DNA of 64,000 bases from Macrostomum lignano (lineage: Eukaryota): positions 103,384-167,383 of the forward strand of contig NIVC01001772.1 in assembly GCA_002269645.1 (NCBI GenBank). Reading direction: 5' to 3'. The translations under genes were made by a program, and so were the position numbers. This document shows positions 11,754 to 23,000 of the stretch, piece by piece (position 1 is the first letter of the stretch; the number at the start of each line of letters is the position of its first letter). The notes beneath the pieces were generated by a model, which ran no database searches, was not told where the DNA came from, and worked only from the letters and a program-made list of their open reading frames with translations.

Positions 11754-14700
11754 TCATTTTCCAAGTCGCTGATCAACCCCAGAATAGAACCGCAGACCGG
11801 CGACGAAGACCTCCGGGCGAAGCGCCTTCTGACTGGACACTTGGCTAAAATAAAAATAACCATAGATTAATATGAAATGGAAAAAACGCAATTTTTCTAC
11901 TAACAGTAGCTTACTAGAATTCGGCCAATCGAAAATGCCAAGGAGACGGCAGGAACAGAGAATCGGTTGGTCCGATGCGGAATGCCAGGTCGGCGTCAGT
12001 CAGCCCAGAGAGTTCTGTTACGGCGGTTTGAATATTTTCGGGTGAAAATTCGTTCATTAAATAGGCCAAATATCTGGAATTCCACTGCTTCAGTTCAAAT
12101 ACTACCTTTGCAGAATCCATGAGTCACCGATTCTCCACCTTAGTGACCCCTCTGCGAGTCACACCGATTCTCCCCCTTAGTGACCCCTCTGTGAGTCACA
12201 CCGATTCTCCCCCTTAGTGACCCCTCTGTGAGTCACACCGATTCTCCCCCTTAGTGACCCCTCTGCGAGTCACACCGATTCTCCCCCTTAGTGACCCTCT
12301 GCGAGTCACACCGATTCTCCCCCTTAGTGACCCCTCTGCGAGTCACACCGATTCTCCCCCTTAGTGACCCCTCTGCGAGTCACACCGATTCTCCCCCTTA
12401 GTGACCCCTCTGCGAGTAACACCGATTCTCCCCCTTAGTGACCCCTCTGTGAGTCACCGATTCTCCACCTTAGTGACCCCTCTGTGAGTCACACCGATTC
12501 TCCACCTTAGTGACCCCCCTGTGAGTCACACCGATTCTCCCCCTTAGTGACCCCTCTGTGAGTCACACCGATTCTCCCCCTTAGTGACCCCTCTGTGAGT
12601 CACACCGATTCTCCCCCTTAGTGACCCCTCTGCGAGTCACACCGATTCTCCCCCTTAGTGACCCCTCTGCGAGTCACACCGATTCTCCCCCTTAGTGACC
12701 CCTCTGTGAGTCACCGATTCTCCACCTTAGTGACCCCTCTGTGAGTCACACCGATTCTCCACCTTAGTGACCCCCCTGTGAGTCACACCGATTCTCCCCC
12801 TTACGAGGGTCACTCAGAAAGTTCTTAGCTTGAACACGAAAACAGCAACAAATGAACTAAAAAACGACTACAAGTGCTCAAAATACTCTCCACCGGCATT
12901 GATACAGGCTTGCATCCTGTGAAACCAGCTGTCGAAGCACTGCCGCCAATCCTCATCCCGGAGCTCCTCGATGATGTTTTTAAACTCATTCACAGCTTCT
13001 TCCGGTGAAGAAAAGACCTGGCCCTTCAGAATCTCCTTGCACTTCGGAAACAGAAAAAAGTCGCACGGTGCCAGGTCTGGACTGTAAGCAGGGTGAGTCA
13101 TCAGCTGGACCCCACAGTCAGCCAGAAACTCCAGAGTTTGAGCCGCCGTGTGCGCGCTGGCGTTGTCGTGGTGCAGAAGCACCCCACGCATTCCGCACCT
13201 TGGGCGCCTCTGGCTCACAGCAGAAAAGACCTTGGGCAGGCAAACCGTTGTGTACCAGTCAGCGGTGACTGTCTGGCGATCTTCAAGTGAAACGGAAGCC
13301 ACATGCCCAGTGCGCATGAAGAAACAGGCCACCATCTGCTTGCCGACACTCCGGCTGCGTCGAAACTTGGTGGGGCTGTCCTCGTCTCCAAAGGTCCACA
13401 TGGCTGACTGGCGCTTGCTTTCGGGGTCGTATTGATAAATCCAGGTCTCATCGCCCGTGAGGATGTCCCAGATACGCCGGCTGGTCCCGGATTCGAATTT
13501 CTGCAGCATGAATCGGCACCAAGCCACCCTGGTGTCCTTCTGCACGTCCGACAGCTGATGGGGGATCCACCGGGAAGCCAGCTTCCGCACTCCAAGGTGT
13601 TCGTGCATAATGGCGTGCACACTCCCCGATCCAATACCGATCTCCTGCTGGATCTGCTGGTAGGTCACTCGCCGGTCAGCGGCAATCATGCTGGACACAG
13701 CGCAGATATTTTCTGGAGTCACTGCGTCACAGGGTCTCCCGGATCGATGTTCATCTTCGAGGCTTTCTCGACCTCGGCGAAACTCAGCGAACCAGTTTTT
13801 GACGGTTGCGTATGAAGGACATACATGGGTGAAAACGTTCTGTAAAGTTTGATACGATTCGGCCGGCGACTTGCCTTGCTTGAAGTGCAGGTACATCATT
13901 GCTCTGAAGTCGCGATTTTCCAGCTTCATTGTTGAATTGAAGATCTCAGGGGGTGAACTGACTTTAACTCGCTGCAGTGGACTCAAAAGTGGCTGCTTCT
14001 GTTTGAAATTTTTGTTGCAATACTTTTAAAAGTTGGTCTTTACCATAGACAAATTTCATGCTTCTACGTCTCGTGGATCCTACTCAGGCTAAAGACTTTC
14101 TGAGTGACCCTCGTAGTGACCCCCCTGTGAGTCACACCGATTCTCCCCCTTAGTGACCCCTCTGTGAGTCACACCGATTCTCCCCCTTAGTGACCCCTCT
14201 GCGAGTCACACCGATTCTCCCCCTTAGTGACCCCTCTGCGAGTCACACCGATTCTCCCCCTTAGTGACCCCTCTGTGAGTCACCGATTCTCCACCTTAGT
14301 GACCCCTCTGTGAGTCACCGATTCTCCACCTTAGTGACCCCTCTGCGAGTCACACCGATTCTCCCCCTTAGTGACCCCTCTGCGAGTCACACCGATTCTC
14401 CCCCTTAGTGACCCCTGTGAGTCACCGATTCTCCACCTTAGTGACCCCTCTGCGAGTCACCCATTCTCCCCCTTAATGACCCCTCTGCGAGTCACACCGA
14501 TTCTCCCCCTTAGTGACCCCTCTGCGAGTCACACCGATTCTTCCCCTTAGTGACCCCTGTGAGTTTTCCATAATCTTTAATTTAACAATACATTTATAAC
14601 AGCAATATTAGTGCATAAATGTGTTGAATACAAATTACAAGGCCTGAAAGAACGATTAGAAATCTGAAAGCGCAATTTATATTAGAAGAATAGAAAGTCA

Positions 14701-17700
14701 AACAGCACACACTGGCTGCAGCACAGCACAGTAATTTAGAATTCACTTGGCCCTAATAATTTTGTCAAGCACACAAATTAGGAGCAAAAACACCTGGTCA
14801 AATAATACTATATCCCTATTCAAAAAGTATTTCTATAATACCTAAAACACATGCCACCTGATCAAATAAATTGAATACCAACTATTTTCAACTTTTCCAT
14901 GCGTAGATTAATCGATTCAATTCAAAAGTAATTATATAATTTTACTAATTAGTAGCTACACATACATACACACTGACTCAGTGGCCATACATGCGCAACC
15001 CCCCTGATTTTACACCGGCCGTGCGACTTACCTATGAAAGAAACCTACGAGTAAGCAAAATTATCATATTTTGGGTAAACGGTAGGAGTAACTATAACTG
15101 TATTACTAAAGGCTAAATGCCTCGTCATCTAATCAGTCCTAGGTCTGTATTCTGGGATAGGCATTTTCACGAGTTACCATAGCTGGGCCCTTAGCCAGCC
15201 GACTGGATCGGTCAGGTGTTGCGCATGTATGATTACTAACATTAATAGCTTCTACTTGGCAACATACCTCGCAATTTGTTATCCAACTGTTCAACGCTAA
15301 CACCTTGATAACTGATTTCCTCTTGGTGATTCTTAATCTCCATTGTCGAATTTGCACTGCTACTTTCAGTAGTAGCATCAGCAGTAGCTAAGGCCACAGC
15401 TGCAGTGGCTAGAAGTTGGCGGCCAGTGGCGGGCGATAGAAGGACAACAGAGATTGCAACATCGCCGCTGGTGTCAGAGCTGACAGTGTCTGTCAGCGGC
15501 TGACAGACGACAGCCTTTGCTGGCAGGTTCAACTCATACAGTCTGCTGGTTACTAAACGATCCAACTGATGCCTGTGTCGGCTTAGAAGGCCTGTTAAAA
15601 AGTTTGTTTGATAATAAAAATATTACTATTTTCAAAAGCAAAAATGTTTTTCAAATATTAAAATATACAAACAGATGCTCAAATGCACAAAAAATAATCT
15701 GGCTTGCTTTGACCATAAACTTTTGTGTTCTAATGCTGCAGTTTTTAGCAAAAAAAATTATATATACATTTCTTACACATCCATGGGTTTTCTCAAATTT
15801 GTTCCAATATGGATTCAACTGACAAAGAATTGTTTTGATTAAGAGTAAAGTAGTTTTTATAAAGGAAAAAGCTAACTTCATGAAATTTTTATGTTTAACT
15901 CAATATGCAGTATAATTTGTTCAACAAAAAGTTAGACTTTAGAATGAGAAGGGGCAGAAAAAGAGAATAAGGTATAATATCTGGTAGCATTTAAGTAACA
16001 TACAAATTTAAACTTTTTAAGTCTTTGTAGAGGTCTATAGTTACTTATATGCCACCATACATGTGGAACCTTGGGAATCACCCAGCCGTTTCTATTAGCA
16101 ATACACATGTAAGTTGCTATTGGCTAAGAGTAGTCACATGACTACTATTCCATCCATTCCATCCATTCTTATTCCATTCCATCCGCCATCTGCAGTTTTA
16201 AAACTTTTTCCCTATAGGGTTGTGAAGTAGAAAAAAGGTGAAAAATTTCATTTTTAAGTGTAAATTTTCTACTTTCTGGGTTTTTTATATTGTAATAAGG
16301 CATTTAAACAAATCTTTGCATATATCAATTTTTTACTATAAAAAGTATTGCCAAAAAGCAGAAAAATTAACCAAATTATCTGTCAAAAAGGGCCTATTAC
16401 ACAATAAAAAAGGTCATTTATTGTCACAATGTAAAAAAGTAAAACATTTATTGTCGCAACACCAGTGGAGTTTTAGGAATGGGCATGCACTCAATTTTTG
16501 TTAGGGCATACACCCAGCATGATCCAGACTATAGATATAAATGTTTACATAATTTTTCATTCATTTATATACCATAGTGTAGAAGTTACTATGGAGGGCT
16601 AATTATTTACAGAATACCATATTATTTTAAGTTTTTGGCATATACAAAAGCATACATTTAACTAAGATAGGATACTTGTTCCAGTATATACTACTATAGA
16701 ATCTAGACAAAAAATCAAACAAAATAATCAATTGGCCTACTAAAGAAGAAATTCTATTTAAGCAAGCATGCATTATAAATAGGTCTAAACTAAATAAATA
16801 ATATGGGTTTTAACTTTTATAAAATGCAATAAAAACAACAATCCTTTGGTTTACAATCACCATCTATTTTGCCAGTTTCTGTTTATGATCACCTTATATT
16901 TTGCTTACTGCAGTGCAAAAATGGCATGTTCAAAACTAAGAAAGCAAAGTTTAGTTCAAATGAAAAGAAAGCAAAAGTTGGCTGATCAACTAACTTTGTT
17001 TATTTAAAATTGAAAAGATTGTACATTGGTTCACTAGTAGCTTATAATATATCACCTTTGGTTTATGATCATCCGAAGCTGGCTATAGGAAAGCATATCA
17101 ACCCTAGCTTAGTATAATTAATCTTTAGTGCTGCACCCCCCTCACTTTTGGTTTATGATCACTTCCACACATGCACTCCATTGAAATGATCAAGAACCAA
17201 AACTAGCTATAGAAAAGCATGTCAACCCTTAGTACACTTTTTTTATGGCTAGCTGCAATTCACAATCATTTCAATGGGCAACATACATTTGGGTAATCGT
17301 AAACCAAAGGTGAAATATAAGGTGCTACAACAATCCTGTTGTTGTAAGTTATGTCGTACAACTGTTTTTTTGTGGTGATCATCACTGTTTAAGGTGATCG
17401 TCACTGTTTGGGATGATCATAAACCAAAGGAATGCCTAAAAACACAAAAAGAAGCTTTATAATAATATTAATTAAAATTAGGTATATTAATTCTTACCTT
17501 GTTTGTCGGCAATACTGATACATGAAATGCCTAATACTATACACCATACAACTGCTTCACTTAATGCAGCAACATCAACATCATCTTCCATGACAATGAA
17601 AGATATATGCTTTGGTATTTTTGTCAAGTCTCTAGTAGCATTGTGTATATAAAGTACAAGGTTATTTGACTTCTCCCAAAAGTAAGAAAAGGGAAACCTA

Positions 17701-17774
17701 AAAATAAAGAGCCTTATAAAAGAGACCATATCATCCCTAAGCCTTGCAAGAATCATAAGCAAATACCATAACAT
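11754..17774 (-). CDS. NUS1: Nogo-B receptor / cis-prenyltransferase subunit NUS1, ~263 aa; exons 17774-17498, 15591-15268, 12014-11915, 11844-11754
   Basis: IPKHISFIV, VVWCIVLGISCISIADKQG, VVLLSPATG, DADLAFRIGPTDS...PWHFRLAEF and the C-terminal RxG motif DQRLGK*. All junctions are GT-AG with consistent phases (1,1,2). Alternative in-frame ATG at 17813. Confidence 0.9.
12804..14113 (-). mobile_element. Full-length mariner transposon (1310 bp), irritans-like terminus
   Basis: TIRs CGAGGGTCACTCAGAAAGT (19 bp perfect, 27/30 overall). TA target duplicated at 12802-12803 and 14114-14115, splitting one repeat unit at CCCCCT-TA-GTGACCCC. Confidence 0.97.
12868..13929 (-). CDS. Intact mariner transposase, 353 aa, DD34D
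   Basis: HTH region, RSGRP, WIPHQL (WVPHEL-like), TGDETW, HHDNASAH and YSPDLAPCDFFLF, with 34 residues between the 2nd and 3rd Asp. Confidence 0.96.
   Translation of the reverse strand: MKLENRDFRAMMYLHFKQGKSPAESYQTLQNVFTHVCPSYATVKNWFAEFRRGRESLEDEHRSGRPCDAVTPENICAVSSMIAADRRVTYQQIQQEIGIGSGSVHAIMHEHLGVRKLASRWIPHQLSDVQKDTRVAWCRFMLQKFESGTSRRIWDILTGDETWIYQYDPESKRQSAMWTFGDEDSPTKFRRSRSVGKQMVACFFMRTGHVASVSLEDRQTVTADWYTTVCLPKVFSAVSQRRPRCGMRGVLLHHDNASAHTAAQTLEFLADCGVQLMTHPAYSPDLAPCDFFLFPKCKEILKGQVFSSPEEAVNEFKNIIEELRDEDWRQCFDSWFHRMQACINAGGEYFEHL
14986..15231. mobile_element. 246-bp MITE-like element carrying a 28S rRNA-like segment (copy A)
   Basis: 14-bp TIR CATACATGCGCAAC; homologous to 41200-41453; internal 15073-15137 resembles the conserved 28S stretch GGGTAAACGGCGGGAGTAACTATGAC...AAATGCCTCGTCATCTAAT. 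Confidence 0.8.
16056..16155. mobile_element. Truncated half copy of the palindromic MITE (NUS1 intron 1)
   Basis: CATACATGTGGAACCTTGGGAATCACCCAGCCGTTTCTATT...AGTCACATGACT; colinear with the left arm of 24011-24180, then breaks into a CCATT microsatellite. Confidence 0.8.
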
Positions 17775-20034
17775 GGATGATGGTCTAAGACTAAAATAGG
17801 TACTGACATGCATTTTGGCTATTATACCGACTTTTTCCTTGACGTACAGGCTAGGCTATACAATTTTAACGTGTCCTAAATCAAGTTAGGGTCTAACTAA
17901 AGCTTTATAAATTCCCAGAATCGAAGGCTAAAAAATAGAAAGATAGTAATAACAGGTTCTAATTATTATACGATTTTGTCATAAAAATAAACTGCGATTT
18001 TTTGCTACACACTAAGCTTCCCACCACTAGTTATGTACTTGTAAGCGTGGCAGCGTGGTTAGAAATTTTATTCGAAAGAAATGCTTGCAAATGCGTGCAC
18101 GACGAAATTTTAAATTCATTCGGTCATGTAATTTGGGTTTCTACGAAGCAAACATTTATTTGTTTGAAGTAATTTACAATTTATAGAAATTAAAAAGTAT
18201 TTTAAGTCTATGCTAAAAGTGTTAAGTATTACTTATCATTTTAAAAATATTAATAAACACGTATGTCAAGGGTTTTTGTTTTAATTTAGTAACTAAGGCA
18301 AAGTAGGCTTTTGAATTAGCTAATTCTGCGAATACTTCTAAAGAATAAGAGTCAGACCGTCAGCCTGATAAGTGATAATGCTTTTTAAGTGTGCATGCAT
18401 TGCGTACATCTAACATCATAATGCATGTACGGTACATGCATGATGTAAGTAGATAAAATTGTTACACGTATTTAGCGTTTGAAAGCAGTGAAGGCTTTGT
18501 AAACAAGATCAAGGATAATCACAAAACAATCTTCGTTATGAAGCCAACTTTTGTTTCGAGCGTCACCCAAACCGGCGAGAGGCATTACTGCTCATTCCGC
18601 CTTACCCTTGAGCAGGTGCGCCCGGATACGTACGCAGTACGCAGACAGGGCGCCAACTGTACTGATCGAGTTACAACTGCATACATACTATTAGCTTAAT
18701 ATTCTGGGTGTGGGGATGGCGTTGTAACCCCGAAGAATAAAAAAACCTATTATTCAGCCTTGGATATACAATACGCAAAATTGAAAACCCCCAGTATTGG
18801 CCGAGCGATTGACTTCAGCTCACTACACTGCAAGTGGGGGCGAAATGTTTTTAACTCTGGCTTCCTGTCCAAGGGTGGTGGTTTCTACGTTGCTGAGTAT
18901 GAGTATAAATGTCTTACAAAATATGCTTGCATATACACGTGATATGTACTACATGTAAATAATCAATCTACAGCGGTACTGTAAATGGTGATGCAGAGAG
19001 ACAATACGGGTTCCATCAGGCCTCTGTAAAAATGTATATTGTAACGAACTATGCATAATTACGGCTCGTACATCTATAAAGTCCGCGTTTTTAAAGATTT
19101 GATGCTTTCGCATTCGCAATAAGATGTTAGTTTATTTTATTACTCCTTGTGACAGGCAAAAACGGTTATTAAGAGCTTTGACTCTCGAAGAGCAGCACAG
19201 CTTGCTGACGGCAAATTCCGCAAAACTTAGATAAAAAACTTATTAAAAACAACCCCTTTATGTTTAGTTAGTCAAGTCTTGGCACAAGATCAAGACAGAA
19301 AACCTTATTGAATCTCGCGCACTGGAAGGTAAACAAACGGAACTGCAAACATCATGGAATACCGAGATTACAAAATTAATAGTAGCAAAATGAAAATAAT
19401 AATAAGTAGTTAAAAGGCAACCAGTAAGATAATGGTATGGATCTGGGAGCAGAATGCTATTGCAAGATAGAAAACTGCTATGTAAAGCCCTGTAGAGCAC
19501 ACGACTCAAATTTAATTGGGAGTAAAGTTAATTTAATAACCTAAAATATGAAATCTTAATTACCCGCGTTTTTAAAATCAAATAGAGAAAATTAATGAGA
19601 CAAATGAATAGCTATACACCAAGAGGCATCAGTAGTTAAAAAACTTATTGCTTTACTGTTATTTTAGTAAAACTGGAATTGAGTTGGCCCGAAAATACTT
19701 TATAATCTTGTATCTATGTCAACTACTTACAGTACAGATGTAAGGAAATAGATGAATGCAGTTAAACAAACAAGCAAACAAAATAGCTCGCTGATTAAGT
19801 GGTGGCAGTGTCGGACTGACAGAGCCAATGCTAAAGAAATGTTTAAAAAGCAATTTTCCACGAGCATTTTAATGAGTTTGGATTAGCTTGTTGCCGGTAG
19901 GTTGGTGAAAGCAGCACTGTACTTTTCGAGTTAGTCAAATCTGCTAATCATATCATCGAAACGTTACTATCAGCTTCACTGTTCCATTAATATCCAGTTA
20001 TTGACGATGTTAAAGAGAAGAAACTGACGCAGTT

Positions 20035-23000
20035 TTAAAATTTCAGCTCCTTTGCCATCTCCCAGGAGAATTCCGGATTGCCGAAGTGGCCGTAGCACGA
20101 GGTCTTCTGGTAGATCGGCTTGCGGAGCTCCAGGTCCCTGCGGGTGGGGATTAGGAGTTTGGGATTAGTCAAGCGTTGCATCATTTAGGAGTGAAATTTT
20201 TGCATTTTCATACATTTCATACATACATTTCAGCTTGAACTTGGCAAGTCAGACAGTGTCCGATTAGGGGTTAGTGTTCAGAGGGATCTGAGGGTGGATC
20301 CTCATGAATGATCGGAGGGAGCGGATCATGCTTGGGCGCAACCTTGGGATTCACTCGGCCGTTTCTATTGGCAACACACACATGTATGTCGCTATTGGAC
20401 AGAATAGTAGTCACGTGACTGCTCTCAGCCAATAGCGACTTACATGTGTGTGCTGCCAATAGAAACGGCCGGGTGATTCCCAAGGTTGCGCATGTATGGT
20501 CAGCGGATTATCTTTGAAGGATCTAGAAGGGAACGGATTATCTTTTGAATGATCTGGGAGGGAACGGATTATCTTTGAATGATCTGGTAGGGAACGGATT
20601 ATCTTTGAATGATCTGGTAGGGAACGGATTATCTTTTGAATGATCTGGGAGGGAGCGGATTATCTTTTGAATGATCTGGGAGGGAGCGGATTATCTTTTG
20701 AATGATCTGGTAGGGAACGGATTATCTTTTGAATGATCTGGTAGGGAGCGGATTATCTTTGAATGATCTGGAAGGGAGCGGATTATCTTTGAATGATCTG
20801 GAAGGGAGCGGATTATCTTTGAATGATCTGGAAGGGAACGGATTATCTTTTAAATAATCTGGAAGGGAACGGATTATCTTTTAAATAATCTGGGAGGGAA
20901 CGGATTATCTCTTGAATGATATGGGAGGGAGCGGATTATCTTTTAAATAATCTGGAAGGGAACGGATTATCTTTTAAATAATCTGGGAGGGAACGGATTA
21001 TCTCTTGAATGATATGGGAGGGAGCGGATTATCTTTTGAATGATCTGGAAGGGAGCGGATTATCTTCGAAGGATCTGGGACTATGGGAGGGAGCGGATTA
21101 TCTTCGAAGGATCTGGGAGGGAGATGATTTTTCTTGTGAAGAATCTGAGAGAGAGAGCGATTAACTTTGAAGTTTGAAGGGTCTGGGAGAGAGAGGATAA
21201 GCTTTGTGCTGAGCCTGCAGCGGAGTTAAGTATTTAGCAAATAAGAATCTGAGAGTCTTGACCCAAAACAGCTGAGCAACCATGAGTTGTCACTCACTTG
21301 ACGATCCGGCCAGGCCGCAGGTCGAAGCTGGTCTCAACAATCCGCAGCAGTTCCTCGTCAGACTTGGCGCCGGTGCCGTAGGAGTTGAGATAGACGGCCA
21401 GCGGTTTGGCGACGCCGATGGCGTAGCTGATCTGAACCAGCACCCGGCGGCACAGCTTGGCTTTCACCAACGATTTGGCAACCCAACGGGCGGCGTAGGC
21501 GGCCGATCTGTCCACTTTGCTGAAATCTTTGCCAGAGAATGCGCCGCCGCCGTGGGCGCCCCAGCCGCCGTAGGTATCAACGATAATCTTGCGGCCAGTG
21601 AGACCCGCGTCAGACTGCGGGCCGCCGATGACGAACCGGCCAGACGGGTTCAGATGGTAGACGGTGCGCTCGTCCAGCATCTCCTTGGGGCAGACGGCTT
21701 TAACTACGTGCTCCATAACATCGTGGCGCAGCTTCTCCTGGGTGATGTTGTCGTCGTGCTGGGTGCTGACAACGATGGTGTGAATGCGCAGCGGTACACA
21801 GGCGCCGTTCTCGTCTTTGTACTCAACAGTTACCTTGAGAAGGCGGGTTAAGGGTTGGCGCAATTGAGATGGTGTCATTTTTTGTGCGATTGTACAAATT
21901 AATTATTTGCAATAACTAATCAAATTAATAGGGGTTGTAGCCTAGTGGGGGGTTGTAGCCTAGTGGGGGGTTGTAGCCTAGTGGGGGTTTGTAGCCTAGT
22001 GGGGGTTTGTAGCCTAGTTGGGGGGTTGTAGCCTAGTGGGGGGGTTGTAGCCCAGTGATTTTAGCGTCGGACTCACTATCCCACTCCCGAACCCACTGGA
22101 AAAATTCGCGTCCTTGAGCAAGACACTTAACTCTGCATTGCTTCAGGTCACCCAGATGCAAAACTACAATTGCAACTTGACTTAACTTGCAACTAGGTTA
22201 ATAATGATTTAACCAAGGGGTTAGGGTGAGAGGGCTTCTAGATCCTCAACTCTTTACTGAATCAAAAGTAGCCTCATTAGCACACACACTGACTTTCTCT
22301 GGCTTCAACCAACCTGAGTTTTGGTGTCGGGCCTCAGCCAAGGAAGGGTGCCGTCACGTCTGCACTGGGCCAGCCTAGCATTGAGCCCATGGGCCAGCAC
22401 AATGGTGAGCGGCATGCACTCCTCAGTCTCGTCGGTGGCATAGCCAAACATAAGTCCCTGATCGCCAGCGCCAATGTCATCGTCAGCTCGGGCGACGTGG
22501 ACACCCTGAGCAATGTCCGGGCTCTGCTCTTCAAGCGCCACTAGCACATTGCAAGTCTTATAATCGAAGCCTTTGCTAGAATCGTCGTAGCCAATCTGGC
22601 GGATTGTCTCGCGAATGACGCGCTGATAATCCACAATAGCGGTTGAGCTGATCTCGCCGCCAACCATAATCATGCCAGTCTTGGTAAAGCACTCGCAGGC
22701 CACTTTCGCATTGGCATCCTGCTTCAGGTGGGCATCTAGAACTGCATCGCTGACCTGATCGCAGATTTTGTCTAAACAAAGGAGGAATAGATGTGTAAAA
22801 AAGTTAGCTTTAAAAAAGTCACTAAATGTATAATATTAAAGCATTTTTAGCTTTAAAACCTAGAATAAAATTGCACTATTACTCTGAAAATCAAAAGATT
22901 CAGTACTATTTTTATTATAAATACATACTCACTTGATCCTATATATAATAAGTTATTCAAAAAATCACTTTGGTTTGGAAGTCTATATAGATACATTCTT

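Larger units (their letters stand above)
12120..14562. repeat. 37-bp minisatellite in NUS1 intron 2, split by a mariner insertion
   Basis: GAGTCACACCGATTCTCCCCCTTAGTGACCCCTCTG(C/T); ~18 units left and ~12 units right of the element. Confidence 0.95.

Noticed and set aside
12120-14562. CRISPR-like appearance of regular 37-bp repeats, with a nuclease-like gene inside
   Set aside because: Units are head-to-tail with no unique spacers, the context is eukaryotic and the enzyme is a mariner transposase.
15073-15137. Calling the 28S-like segments rRNA genes
   Set aside because: Only ~64 bp, ~80% identical and embedded in TIR elements; no other rDNA nearby.
16840-17435. Repeated CTTTGGTTTATGATCA motifs in both orientations in NUS1 intron 1
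   Set aside because: Possibly an old MITE, but its boundaries and TIRs cannot be defined by eye.
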